Below, piece after piece: positions 45,227-54,034 of a stretch of 64,000 nucleotides of DNA (position 1 is the stretch's first letter; each line of letters starts with the position of its first letter). The notes under the pieces were generated by a model. It ran no database searches and had not been told where the DNA came from. It saw only the letters and a list, made by a program, of their open reading frames with translations. A program made the position numbers and the translations under genes. Origin of the DNA: a virus; the IMG/VR virus record IMGVR_UViG_3300042519_001303, positions 22,771 to 86,770 of that record; one strand, written 5' to 3'.

Positions 45227-47440
45227 CTAGGCTAGGAATCCGATAAGAGCTTTCTCAATTTCCTTAGGAAGATCCATGACGTTATCAATACCAATTGCTA
45301 CGTCACCACCCTTTTTAGCCACTAGATCTTTGGCGTAACCAGGAGTACCAAGACCTACTAACAACCAATACTGTCCGGGTTCTACGAATGGTTTAATTGA
45401 ATTAACATACGACCATTCTCCGTCAGTGAGTATAACAACCAGGTGTCGTTGTTTACCCGCATTTTGATTTTTAATTTGGCGTAATCCTTCAAGTGGATTC
45501 GTTCCACCACCATCATGAATTAGCACTGGCGTGATCGGTTCATCGTTATCCCAGATCATGTATGGTTCAGTGTCAAAGGTAGATACTGTGCATGGAACAC
45601 CTAGGCTATCGCAAGCACTACGAATACCATAAGCAGCAACGGAAAGTTGATCCATCCATCCTCCCATAGATCCTGAAGTATCTAACATAACAGATACCGC
45701 AAGACTATGGCCATGAGCGCCTTCGCCTTCGTAGTCCACCCAGTAGTCTGAGTCACCAGGTTCGTGCATCTTGTATGACGTTGGGTCAAGCACACCATGT
45801 TCCTGACGGAAACGCCATGCTGGGTCGGCAGTCAATGCTAATGGTTCAAGAGCCGATAACATTTGATTGGCTACTGCAATAGAATCAACTAACAAGTTAC
45901 TTGGCATTTCTGATACTGCACCGTTATGTGGCAAGTCTCTCATAAGTTCTGAGTTGATCTCGGAGATTAGTTGACCTATTTCTTCGTCAGTAACAACACG
46001 CTTCATTGCTTCTGCCGCTTTTTGTTTAAGATCCTCACGGATCTTGGCATAGTCAACATTTTCTTTGATTTGACCGCCAGTGCCTTTAGTACCACCAGTG
46101 TTGTTAATGAATTCTGTTGCAGTCTCATTACCATCTTTAGTGGGTGCTTCACCGTTAGCCTTACCTTCACCTTCCTTACCACCACCAGGTGACTCTTCTC
46201 CCTCCTCAGAGGATTCTTTCTTGGATTCACCTGGTTTTGTTTCCCAACCTTTTTCTTCGTTACCAAACGTTGGCTTCTTAGTTACTTGGGTTGCACCATT
46301 GTGCCCACTCTTGTGGTCACCTCCTGTAGGGTTAGGAGTACCTTTGCCTTCACGACCTCTACTATCGTCTGGTCGTGGTTCCTGACCATTGTTTGCACCA
46401 GTGATCCACTGCGTGATTAGGTTATGCAATTGCCATACAGCAATAACAACATCTGTTGCTGATCTCGACTCACGGTATACATGGACTTGGTTTTCAATTT
46501 GATCAACTAATGATATATCCATATCATTATCTAATGCAAACTTATATGCCAACTGACGAGCATTATCCATAAGCTCTTGATCTAAGTAAGATCTAGTCGT
46601 AACAAACGGCCATGAGTAACCAGGCTTAGTATCATCATTGATGTAGTTCAGCACAAGAGCAGTAAAATAGTCAATCAATGGAGGACTATTTATCACCATC
46701 TCTTCTTCCATGCGTCCATCTTCCAATAGATTCCATGATATTTGGATAGCATCAGCAAACGGTCTGTAGTGTTGCTGATGTGCATACCACTTATTAGTAA
46801 TGTTAGTTGCTGGATTAACAACTCTTTCACCAAATGGCACTCTGTCAAATACTGTAACTAATGAGCTACGAACATCCTCATAAGCTGGATACAGATTTGC
46901 AAACTCATCACCCCAACGAGTGTCGTGTGGGTTGATTGCAACAGGTAATAACCCATTGTCCATTAGTGCACAGTCAAACAGAGCTGACCACGGAAGAGTG
47001 CACAAAATGTGACCGCCTTCGTGATAAACAACTCCCTTGAGAGCAGCCAAAAGGCTACCAATCTTGTCCATGTCTGACGGATCAACCATACCCATATCGA
47101 ACGAGATGTTTATACCTTTAAAATCCGTAGCAGCATTTACTGATCTAGTTTCATTACGGTAATAGTTAACATCTAGCTTGAGTGGTGGATTGATACCCAA
47201 AGAAGTAAGAACCTTACGTGCTCGGTCGGCCAGCACATATGCAGTGGCCCTAATAGCTCGTGGATCATGCTTGCTTTTGGCAGAAAGGAAAGTCTTTTCA
47301 ACTATTTGGTCGTTTGAGTAAATTAACTCTAAGACTTCTTTGTTGTAAGACTCTCTAATCTTTGTAGCTTCACGACGGTTAAAGGAGCGGGCACTAGCAC
47401 GTCGTGCTAGTGCCTCCTCATCAAACTTTTTCTTTACCAT
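45227..47440 (-). CDS. VWA-domain protein with N-terminal HExxH domain (CobT-like)
   Basis: 'HEGGH', 'NLLEDGRME', acidic linker, MIDAS 'DTSGSM...GGT...LTDGE'. Confidence 0.85.
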   Translation of the reverse strand: MVKKKFDEEALARRASARSFNRREATKIRESYNKEVLELIYSNDQIVEKTFLSAKSKHDPRAIRATAYVLADRARKVLTSLGINPPLKLDVNYYRNETRSVNAATDFKGINISFDMGMVDPSDMDKIGSLLAALKGVVYHEGGHILCTLPWSALFDCALMDNGLLPVAINPHDTRWGDEFANLYPAYEDVRSSLVTVFDRVPFGERVVNPATNITNKWYAHQQHYRPFADAIQISWNLLEDGRMEEEMVINSPPLIDYFTALVLNYINDDTKPGYSWPFVTTRSYLDQELMDNARQLAYKFALDNDMDISLVDQIENQVHVYRESRSATDVVIAVWQLHNLITQWITGANNGQEPRPDDSRGREGKGTPNPTGGDHKSGHNGATQVTKKPTFGNEEKGWETKPGESKKESSEEGEESPGGGKEGEGKANGEAPTKDGNETATEFINNTGGTKGTGGQIKENVDYAKIREDLKQKAAEAMKRVVTDEEIGQLISEINSELMRDLPHNGAVSEMPSNLLVDSIAVANQMLSALEPLALTADPAWRFRQEHGVLDPTSYKMHEPGDSDYWVDYEGEGAHGHSLAVSVMLDTSGSMGGWMDQLSVAAYGIRSACDSLGVPCTVSTFDTEPYMIWDNDEPITPVLIHDGGGTNPLEGLRQIKNQNAGKQRHLVVILTDGEWSYVNSIKPFVEPGQYWLLVGLGTPGYAKDLVAKKGGDVAIGIDNVMDLPKEIEKALIGFLA

Positions 47441-47455
47441 GATTCCTCCTCAGGA

Positions 47456-48736
47456 TCAGTATGGTTCCTCATCAGAGATGAGGGACGTAAGGTCAACTGC
47501 TGGTGCAGTAGCGGCAGGTTCAAACTCATCACGCATCATGACCGCAATACCACGATCTTTGATGATCTCGTTCACCACAATCTTTTCTTGTGATGACACG
47601 AACTGGCCCATGAAGGCCCAGAGACTGAAGTCAACTCCAAGATGAACCAAGTCACCTTCAAGCAACTGTAATGCTCTAGTACCAACAGGGGTAGTAATGC
47701 TACGTTGTGCACGAGCATTACGTAATGCTTGACCAAGCAGACGAACTGCTGGTGACTTGATCAATTTCTTCTCAACCTCTTCGTCATATCCCCATTCAAG
47801 GAGCTTGAAGCGGTTAGCGAAGGCCTCGTTTGTCTTGGCCATTCCAGCGTAGCCTGGGTTCCATGAAGCCATGATCCACAGGTTCTTATTCGCCACTACT
47901 GTTTCTGGGCGATAAGCACCGTGGTGCGTCTCAACACCAGTCACTTCGTCAACCTCAACCGTGCCTTTCCAGACAGGCTTACGGATGTTGACAAACTGAT
48001 GACGATTGTCAAGCAGTGGGTGAATAGCCGCTGTTACTGAACCTGACATGGCGTTAACCTCGTCAAGGTACAAGATACCGCCAAGACGAGCGGCGAGAGC
48101 AACGATGCCCTCCATCCACACAAGCCGTTCTTGTCCATTCACGATGATCGGACGATACTGACCGAATAGGTCGTGGTCGGTAATCGCTGATGAACCTGCA
48201 AGCAGGAACAACGGCAATGGCTTCTGAAGGCCGAGCAACTTCGCAATACGGAACGCTTGAACTTGGATCAAGTATGTCTTACCCGACTGGGTATCGCCTA
48301 CCAAGGCAACGGATACTGGGTAACCATCGTTCTCATCACGACGATTGAAATAACCTTCCATTACTTCAAGGTCTGTCTTACCGCCTGCCAGAACACGAGA
48401 CACATAATTGCGTGGATCGATATTCGGACGGAAGTCGTCCAATGCGGGGTCGTCGAGACTGTCGATACGCATATCGCTGATGATTACGTTGCCAACTTGT
48501 GATGTTATGGTGCTGGACGGGGCGGCGTTTGCAACGCTAGCACGTCCAATCAACTCCACACCCTTAGGCAATATCTCGACAGTGCCTAACAGTGTATCGT
48601 CAAACATCACTTGAATCTTGCTACCAGGTCCCCCTGGTACAAGCGTACTGCGGGTGATTACCCCTTCAGCATCCTTGAATGGTGGGTACTTGCCCACCAC
48701 TCTCATACCTACTCGCAACTCTTTGACACTGGCCAT
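47456..48736 (-). CDS. MoxR/CbbQ/CobS-type AAA+ ATPase
   Basis: Walker A GDTQSGKT, 'LYLDEVN', 'NPGYAG...NEAFANRF'. Confidence 0.88.
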   Translation of the reverse strand: MASVKELRVGMRVVGKYPPFKDAEGVITRSTLVPGGPGSKIQVMFDDTLLGTVEILPKGVELIGRASVANAAPSSTITSQVGNVIISDMRIDSLDDPALDDFRPNIDPRNYVSRVLAGGKTDLEVMEGYFNRRDENDGYPVSVALVGDTQSGKTYLIQVQAFRIAKLLGLQKPLPLFLLAGSSAITDHDLFGQYRPIIVNGQERLVWMEGIVALAARLGGILYLDEVNAMSGSVTAAIHPLLDNRHQFVNIRKPVWKGTVEVDEVTGVETHHGAYRPETVVANKNLWIMASWNPGYAGMAKTNEAFANRFKLLEWGYDEEVEKKLIKSPAVRLLGQALRNARAQRSITTPVGTRALQLLEGDLVHLGVDFSLWAFMGQFVSSQEKIVVNEIIKDRGIAVMMRDEFEPAATAPAVDLTSLISDEEPY

Positions 48737-48769
48737 TTTGTTGTCCTCCTTGGACGTTGTTGTTGTTAA

Positions 48770-48967
48770 TTACTTGGCATTCATGAAGGATGTTTTTGCC
48801 TTCACTTCACTAGAATTGGGACCACACACAATAGGTGTACTTTTGTGTACTCCTAATATGTAGTACTCCGCTTGCTTAAAACCCTTGGCGTAACATGCCT
48901 CATTGAGACAATATTCGTAAGGGCGTTCTGGGTGCATTGTTTCTCCGCAATACACACAGGTCTTCAT
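48770..48967 (-). CDS. Small Cys-containing protein
   Basis: MKTCVYCG...YCL..AC. Confidence 0.45.
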   Translation of the reverse strand: MKTCVYCGETMHPERPYEYCLNEACYAKGFKQAEYYILGVHKSTPIVCGPNSSEVKAKTSFMNAK

Positions 48968-49203
48968 GGGGCATCCCATGATTCTGAGGTTGACCACATG
49001 CTTTTACATGTGGCACCTAGATCTTCTACAGATGATTGCAGAACCTTTTGTACAAGTATCTCTATCATGTATGGTTCGGCATCATCGGCCATCTTTGATC
49101 GGATGCTCAACACATCCTGCGGGTCAAGCTGAAAGCGTTCGGGGAAATACATATCCCCATCCAACTCAACACAAATTGAAACACAAACTTTATGCTTACG
49201 CAT
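48964..49203 (-). CDS. Hypothetical protein
   Basis: GGAGG RBS before MRKHK. Confidence 0.45.
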   Translation of the reverse strand: MRKHKVCVSICVELDGDMYFPERFQLDPQDVLSIRSKMADDAEPYMIEILVQKVLQSSVEDLGATCKSMWSTSESWDAP

Positions 49204-49450
49204 TAAATACCTCCTCGTAATAGATGACTGCTTCATCTAATATGTCAATAAGTTCTTGGGTTTTTTGGAAAACAACCCATTCACCTGTAACGTCAGATGG
49301 ACGATGAGTCCAGTTGTCTGATCGTTGCAAGATGTTATGCATAAAGAGGGCTACACATTTTGTATGCCCATCTTGTCTGATGTATGCATGGACATCAAGA
49401 CCTTCGTTAATTGGAACAATCAAAGCTCCAAATGATTCAATAAGGGCCAT
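49196..49450 (-). CDS. Hypothetical protein
   Basis: AAGGAG RBS. Confidence 0.5.
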   Translation of the reverse strand: MALIESFGALIVPINEGLDVHAYIRQDGHTKCVALFMHNILQRSDNWTHRPSDVTGEWVVFQKTQELIDILDEAVIYYEEVFNA

Positions 49451-49662
49451 TATCTCTCCTTGTTTGAGAATAGTTCGACCTTCATCGGGCCGAGTCTTGC
49501 TACTAATTGCTCTGCTGCTTGCTCCAGAAATTTGAAGGCTTGAACTGAAGAGTTAAACTCTTTAGTTCCTACCCCCTCTTTTGTGGTGATCTCTACCAAC
49601 CATTTATCTCTACCTTTAACAGGTGGATGAATCCATGCTGATACACCGATTGGCTCATTCAT
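49450..49662 (-). CDS. Hypothetical protein
   Basis: MNEPIG... overlapping the upstream stop. Confidence 0.45.
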   Translation of the reverse strand: MNEPIGVSAWIHPPVKGRDKWLVEITTKEGVGTKEFNSSVQAFKFLEQAAEQLVARLGPMKVELFSNKER

Positions 49663-49912
49663 ATGTATGTCCCCACCCCTCACACTTAGGGCACTCAACA
49701 TACTTGATTGCATTCTTCCACTTGCCACCGTGGCCTTTGCACGATCTGCACCACACTTTGTGGTCTTCTTCTTCATACATAAACGGAAGATCTTCATCGA
49801 ATTCATCAAAGTCATTGTCTAATGATCTCTGACGGATTTCCATAATTGTTTTAATTGACCAATATATAAGAGTTAAATAGAACCCCCAAATGATTATGCT
49901 GCTCATGCCCAT
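49655..49912 (-). CDS. TM protein with DnaJ-type Zn motif
   Basis: N-terminal TM; CRSCKGHG...CPKCEGWG. Confidence 0.5.
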   Translation of the reverse strand: MGMSSIIIWGFYLTLIYWSIKTIMEIRQRSLDNDFDEFDEDLPFMYEEEDHKVWCRSCKGHGGKWKNAIKYVECPKCEGWGHTYE

Positions 49913-50124
49913 TCCTCTCCGGATAAGATCCGTTTGATGTAACCCAAAGCTAATGATGTGAATTCATCATCAGCGTTATTAATCAACAAGTTACGTTGTA
50001 TCCAATATAAGTTGTTGTCATTAGACATGTCCCTACGTTCTAAAGGCAGGTCATAGTTTGCTAGGAGAAACCTTACGGTTGCTCTCAGCGATAATGGGGT
50101 GGGGATCATTGTTTCCTCCACCAT
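49903..50124 (-). CDS. Hypothetical protein
   Basis: ORF in the - operon. Confidence 0.45.
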   Translation of the reverse strand: MVEETMIPTPLSLRATVRFLLANYDLPLERRDMSNDNNLYWIQRNLLINNADDEFTSLALGYIKRILSGEEWA

Positions 50125-50383
50125 CTGAAGAGCTTTTTAAAGCCCCAAAATGGGTAGGCAAACAGAACTGCCCACCCTGCAATCGCCCAAAAACTATGCA
50201 TCCCTTTTACAGGGTGTGCTGCAATTATTTCAAGCATTTCTTTTCCTCTTTTCCGCCCCACACTTGGGGCAATAGCAGGGGTGGCGGGTTACCACGTCCC
50301 TGTTGCTTCTGCTTACTTTTGCAAGCATAAGTAACTGATGACCACACCCTAAGAAATGGGTGTAGTGGTGTTGGACTCGTGTC

Positions 50384-50728
50384 CTACTCATTAGGGTGTT
50401 CTGCTTGCCAATTGACAATACAATCATGGTTGCAGAAGCCCCACATGAACTGAATGCGTTCAACAGGGGTAAAGTAGTCAAGAGTGTCAACAAAGTTCTT
50501 GAGATTATCTATAATCTCATCGGCACGTTCGGGAAAGTTGATCGCTTCCGTACGCAACGTTATGAGCATTGTTGCGTCATCATAAGGAATAGCTATTACT
50601 TCCTGACCTCTGCATTGTGGGCACTTCAACCCAATACTCAGGGCAATGTCTTGCCCTGGGAAGTAATCAGGTGGTGCAACCCACCCATTGATCTCTTCCT
50701 TTGACTTGAATTTAACTAACTTATTCAT
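50384..50728 (-). CDS. Hypothetical protein with Cys motifs
   Basis: CPQC...FCNHDC; start overlaps the upstream stop. Confidence 0.5.
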   Translation of the reverse strand: MNKLVKFKSKEEINGWVAPPDYFPGQDIALSIGLKCPQCRGQEVIAIPYDDATMLITLRTEAINFPERADEIIDNLKNFVDTLDYFTPVERIQFMWGFCNHDCIVNWQAEHPNE

Positions 50729-51200
50729 ATGTGCTACCCCATCCGTAACACTTGGGGCATTCTGCCCCGTCATGAACTCCATGGCTCATTAAAGAACCAG
50801 TTCCATGACAATTAAGGCAATTGGTTTTACCATTGCTTGTGCTAAAGGTGTCGCTGGGTGGAGATGTAGTGAATCCCAAGTGCATGAGCAACCATTCGGG
50901 AACATCTGTACATTCCCCTTCCTCATCAGGGGGTCCTTGAATAACAATTGGACCAACTAGTACGTCACCAGCTGCTACACAGCCGTAAACGTCGAAGACC
51001 TCCCATAAATCGGTGGCAATGAGGTTGAAGTCTAACTTCAACATTTTTCCTTCCTCATTGCACCAGATTGTTATCTCTGGTGAGGCTGGCACACTTTCAA
51101 TGAGCCCACCTATAACGTCAGATAGGGGTTTATACCCCTCTAAATCAATCTTTCTAATGGTTCCTACTGTTTCTATAACCAATGAGATGGTCATATCCAC
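50721..51200 (-). CDS. DUF3846-like protein with C-terminal DnaJ-type Zn motif
   Basis: 'L...IGG.IE.V......WCNEEGK...L..N..AT...D.L.G'. Confidence 0.7.
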   Translation of the reverse strand: MDMTISLVIETVGTIRKIDLEGYKPLSDVIGGLIESVPASPEITIWCNEEGKMLKLDFNLIATDLWEVFDVYGCVAAGDVLVGPIVIQGPPDEEGECTDVPEWLLMHLGFTTSPPSDTFSTSNGKTNCLNCHGTGSLMSHGVHDGAECPKCYGWGSTYE

Positions 51201-51223
51201 TCCTCCTTTGTTGTTTTAGTGGG

Positions 51224-51296
51224 CGCACCAGGCAGGGGTCGAACCTACAACCTACAGATTAGAAGTCTGTTGCTCTATCCATTGAGCTACTGGTGC
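51224..51296 (-). tRNA. tRNA-Arg(UCU)
   Basis: GCACCAG acceptor stem, D arm GCTC/GAGC, anticodon arm ACAGA-CTTCTAA-TCTGT, GTTCGA T loop. Confidence 0.93.
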
Positions 51297-51298
51297 AG

Positions 51299-51772
51299 TG
51301 TATGTTTTTATTTATACAGTAAAAAACATACAAAAACCTGACTATGTGATCACGGGAGCAGTACCCCGAGGTAAAACCAGTCCGCCTGGTTTTCTAATCC
51401 ACGTCTTATGTATAAGCTTAAGAATGCGTTACAACAAGCAACTACCGCAAACCGCAACCCTGTTATACATAGGTAGGAGTAACACCTGTATCCCTGCAGT
51501 GTAATTTGCCCGATAGGGAATTCCGGGTTACTAGGGCTTACACATTGCCCATCAGCAACTTGATACCCAGTAGCTTATTCCTGGGGACATATTTAGGGGG
51601 TAAGACAGCGATGCTGCTAAAGGGCGTCTTTCGCCCGGCATCTAAGCCAAAACTGCCTTACCCAACGCTTTGTAGAATGACATCATTAAAGGGTATACAC
51701 CTAACAACAAGCCCTAGATATCACTCAGCAAGTGTCGTGTCCTCTACTTAGGCCAAGTATGTCAAATGGCCC
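51299..51772 (-). ncRNA. Candidate large multi-helix structured ncRNA upstream of tRNA-Arg
   Basis: About 10 nested helices, including two long-range ones; G-U pairs form on the - strand; no credible ORF. Confidence 0.7.
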
Positions 51773-51776
51773 AATC

Positions 51777-51998
51777 CTAAACTCTTTGTCTGCGGTAGTA
51801 CTCCACCGCACGATTATAAGCGGCAACGGCTGTAATTGTTTCTTCACCATCACTCCAGCCGATGTTGTCAGCTAAGCGAATAATTCGCATGCCAACCTTT
51901 TGGCCGTAAGTCTTGATGATGTACTCCTCTACCTCGACGTTCTCATTGTTAGTGAGTCGTCGGTAGAGCTTGTCGCCCAAGTTATTTAAAGGATTCAT
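51777..51998 (-). CDS. Hypothetical protein
   Basis: GGAGG RBS; ATGA overlap. Confidence 0.55.
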   Translation of the reverse strand: MNPLNNLGDKLYRRLTNNENVEVEEYIIKTYGQKVGMRIIRLADNIGWSDGEETITAVAAYNRAVEYYRRQRV

Positions 51999-52378
51999 GA
52001 CACCTCCTTGTGTGCATAAGAGTTGCCGAGCATCCTCGGATGTCGTGTGGGCAGATTATGCCCGCTACGGCGGAGTAAGAATATCCGCTGATTTACCGAG
52101 GCAACAGTTCGCCCCAATCTTTTAGCCATATCTTTGGGGAGATAACCTTCCCCATACATACTCACTATCTGCTCGTCGTCCCAATCGGTCCATCTGGCCT
52201 TGCCAGTTCTGTCTTTGAAGAACTGGTCTATTTTGCTGATGAACGCTTCTGACTCTTCATCATTTAACCCCATTGCTGAAGCGAGCATCTTCAAAGCCTG
52301 GTCAGGCTCGAGGATACCATCAACACAAAGGTCAACGATGAGTCTTTCCTTAGTCATAATGTCTCCTTTCGTTGTCAT
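51995..52378 (-). CDS. HTH / GcrA-Myb-like DNA-binding protein
   Basis: 'RWT...D..I..MY..G....MA..LGRT..SV..R'; true start may be 52357. Confidence 0.6.
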   Translation of the reverse strand: MTTKGDIMTKERLIVDLCVDGILEPDQALKMLASAMGLNDEESEAFISKIDQFFKDRTGKARWTDWDDEQIVSMYGEGYLPKDMAKRLGRTVASVNQRIFLLRRSGHNLPTRHPRMLGNSYAHKEVS

Positions 52379-52385
52379 AACATTA

Positions 52386-52462
52386 TGGTGCCACCAGCAG
52401 GACTTGAACCTGCGACCCAGGCATTATGAGTGCCTTGCTCTAACCAACTGAGCTATGGTGGC
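52386..52462 (-). tRNA. tRNA with CAU anticodon (Ile2/lysidine or elongator Met)
   Basis: GCCACCA acceptor stem, AGGCA-CTCATAA-TGCCT, GTTCAAG, encoded CCA; paired G1-C72 excludes initiator. Confidence 0.93.
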
Positions 52463-52503
52463 TTTTTTCGCCCAAACCTATAATCATCCCCTTTTATATA
52501 AGA

Positions 52504-52587
52504 GATGGTAGAGTCACTGCTCTAGTCAATGATGGTAGAGTCAGTGATGCTAGAGTCAGTGGGATTTAGACACTGGTCTAGTCAATG
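52504..52587. repeat. Interleaved short direct repeats
   Basis: GATG(G/C)TAGAGTCA x3 and CACTG(C/G)TCTAGTCAATG x2. Confidence 0.75.
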
Positions 52588-52783
52588 GTCTTGCCAGTGA
52601 AGGTGCAGGCAGTTGATATGCGCACTCAACACTGGCTCACCTATACAGTGGCTATGGATCGCTATAAAATGGAGAATACAGCGATAGCAACTACTGGAAA
52701 GGGGTAGTAGTAGCTTTAGCAGGGCTTGCACCGCAATTTTGGTGCTCACCCCACCCATAGGCCCACTTATAGGCCAAATCTTA

Positions 52784-52836
52784 GTGACATTTGTCACGTA
52801 GCGAGGCATAAGTCACTCAATATGACATATGTCACA
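52784..52836. promoter_or_regulatory. Two palindromic operator-like sites (TGA-N6-TCAC, CRP/GlxR-like)
   Basis: GTGACATTTGTCAC at 52784 and TGACATATGTCACA at 52823. Confidence 0.45.
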
Positions 52837-52854
52837 CGCCTATTAGGACGTCAC

Positions 52855-52891
52855 CCTTGACGCAATCACAATTGCGACGGGCTCTGTCCAC
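52855..52891. repeat. 37-bp dispersed element, copy C
   Basis: CCTTGAC-N5-CACA-A-TTGCGAC-N7-GTCCAC. Confidence 0.5.
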
Positions 52892-52921
52892 ACGGCAACA
52901 CACACCTCTCAGTTTTTGGGT

Positions 52922-53015
52922 ACAAAAAAAACCAACCGATAGGTGCGTAACCTATCGGTTTTTAGATACAAAAAAAGAGAGGGGGTAGTGAGGGCATTAC
53001 ACCCTCACCACCCCG
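52922..53015 (-). terminator. Tandem rho-independent terminators
   Basis: GGGGTAGTGAGGG/CCCTCACCACCCC hairpin + U tract, then AACCGATAGG/CCTATCGGTT hairpin + U tract. Confidence 0.8.
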
Positions 53016-53032
53016 TAGTGGCTAACCGCTGG

Positions 53033-53755
53033 TCAGTCCAGACTGAACTCAGGCTCAAGTTGATTGATCGTTACGAACAACGCATCAACCTTATCCCTAA
53101 GTTCTTTGACTAACTCCTTTTCCTCAAGCGTGATGTGACCACCAGTGCCACGAGGTAGCAGTTGCTTGTCGGCGGTCTCAATTGCCGTGATGGCTTTCGC
53201 CAATTCACTAGCAGGTGTGACCACTTTCTTCGCTCGTACTGCGGGAGCATTGCCATTAGCAGTTTGGACTGCTTTCTTGATCTCTCGTGCCACCTCAAGG
53301 TCACTTCCCTTGAGTTTGATACGAGTCGCCTCATTGCCCTTGACCCAACGCCAAGTATCAACATCGGTCAAGCCATTGTTCACACGCTTCAGCGTAGCGA
53401 AACGAGACTGAACAGAACCAATCTCACCGTTCTTTCGACATTTGTTGACGAAGTCTAGGACTTCTTTTGCCAACTCTGAGTCGGTGATCTCGGTGTTCTT
53501 GACCACGATCGCTGTCCAACGGAGACCGCTAAGCATATTCTCGCTGATGGCGAGTCGCTTCGCTTCCTCTTTCGCTGTCTTACGGTCGTGGATTAGATCG
53601 CTAAGAACGACGGGGAGAAGTAAAACATCTTTCCCGTAATTACTACCGTTCTCGCAATACTCTGCGAGCCTGGCAACGATCTGCTTCTGCTGATCAAGAG
53701 TCAGCGGTTCGTTTGTAGACGGCACCACTCCTCCCTCAACTGTTGAGTTTGTCAT
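53033..53755 (-). CDS. Hypothetical protein, first gene of the - block
   Basis: 240-aa ORF, visibly more GC-rich codons, followed by a double terminator. Confidence 0.65.
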   Translation of the reverse strand: MTNSTVEGGVVPSTNEPLTLDQQKQIVARLAEYCENGSNYGKDVLLLPVVLSDLIHDRKTAKEEAKRLAISENMLSGLRWTAIVVKNTEITDSELAKEVLDFVNKCRKNGEIGSVQSRFATLKRVNNGLTDVDTWRWVKGNEATRIKLKGSDLEVAREIKKAVQTANGNAPAVRAKKVVTPASELAKAITAIETADKQLLPRGTGGHITLEEKELVKELRDKVDALFVTINQLEPEFSLD

Positions 53756-53772
53756 GATTGTTTTCCCATCTC

Positions 53773-53948
53773 CAATGTCACCGTGACATTGACTATGCCT
53801 AGAACCACAACGGCACTAGGGCTTAGGGTGGTGGGAGGTCTAGGTGTCCCTAGGGGGTCTCCCACCCCCATACTTCACCCTACCCCCCAGATTAGGGGGT
53901 GAGTAGGGGCCAGATGTTAAGGACCACCCACCCCCCATATAGCCCTAT
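53773..53948. other. Divergent intergenic region with palindrome and G/C-tract inverted repeats
   Basis: CAATGTCAC-C-GTGACATTG; TAGGGCT...AGCCCTA; multiple G4-5/C4-6 tracts. Confidence 0.55.
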
Positions 53949-54034
53949 TCCGAAACTTAACCGGTTATAACGTAAAGCGGCCCAACCGTCAAATAGGTTA
54001 TAATAGACCTATTCCATAACTAAGGAGCTACACC

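Noticed and set aside
51298-51751. ORFs 51298-51504 and 51506-51751 (+)
   Set aside because: Antisense to the surrounding block, non-ATG starts, no RBS; better explained as structured RNA on the - strand
51299-51772. tmRNA, RNase P RNA or group I intron identity for the structured region
   Set aside because: No tRNA-Ala-like ends, no GAGGAAAGUCC, no interrupted host gene, and no clear P7 partner for the CAUAGUC segment; judged by eye only
52504-52587. Mini-CRISPR array
   Set aside because: Repeats are only 13-17 bp with 2-14 bp gaps and no unique ~30-bp spacers
52582-52809. 75-aa ORF on the - strand
   Set aside because: No RBS, atypical composition, overlaps palindromes; more likely non-coding
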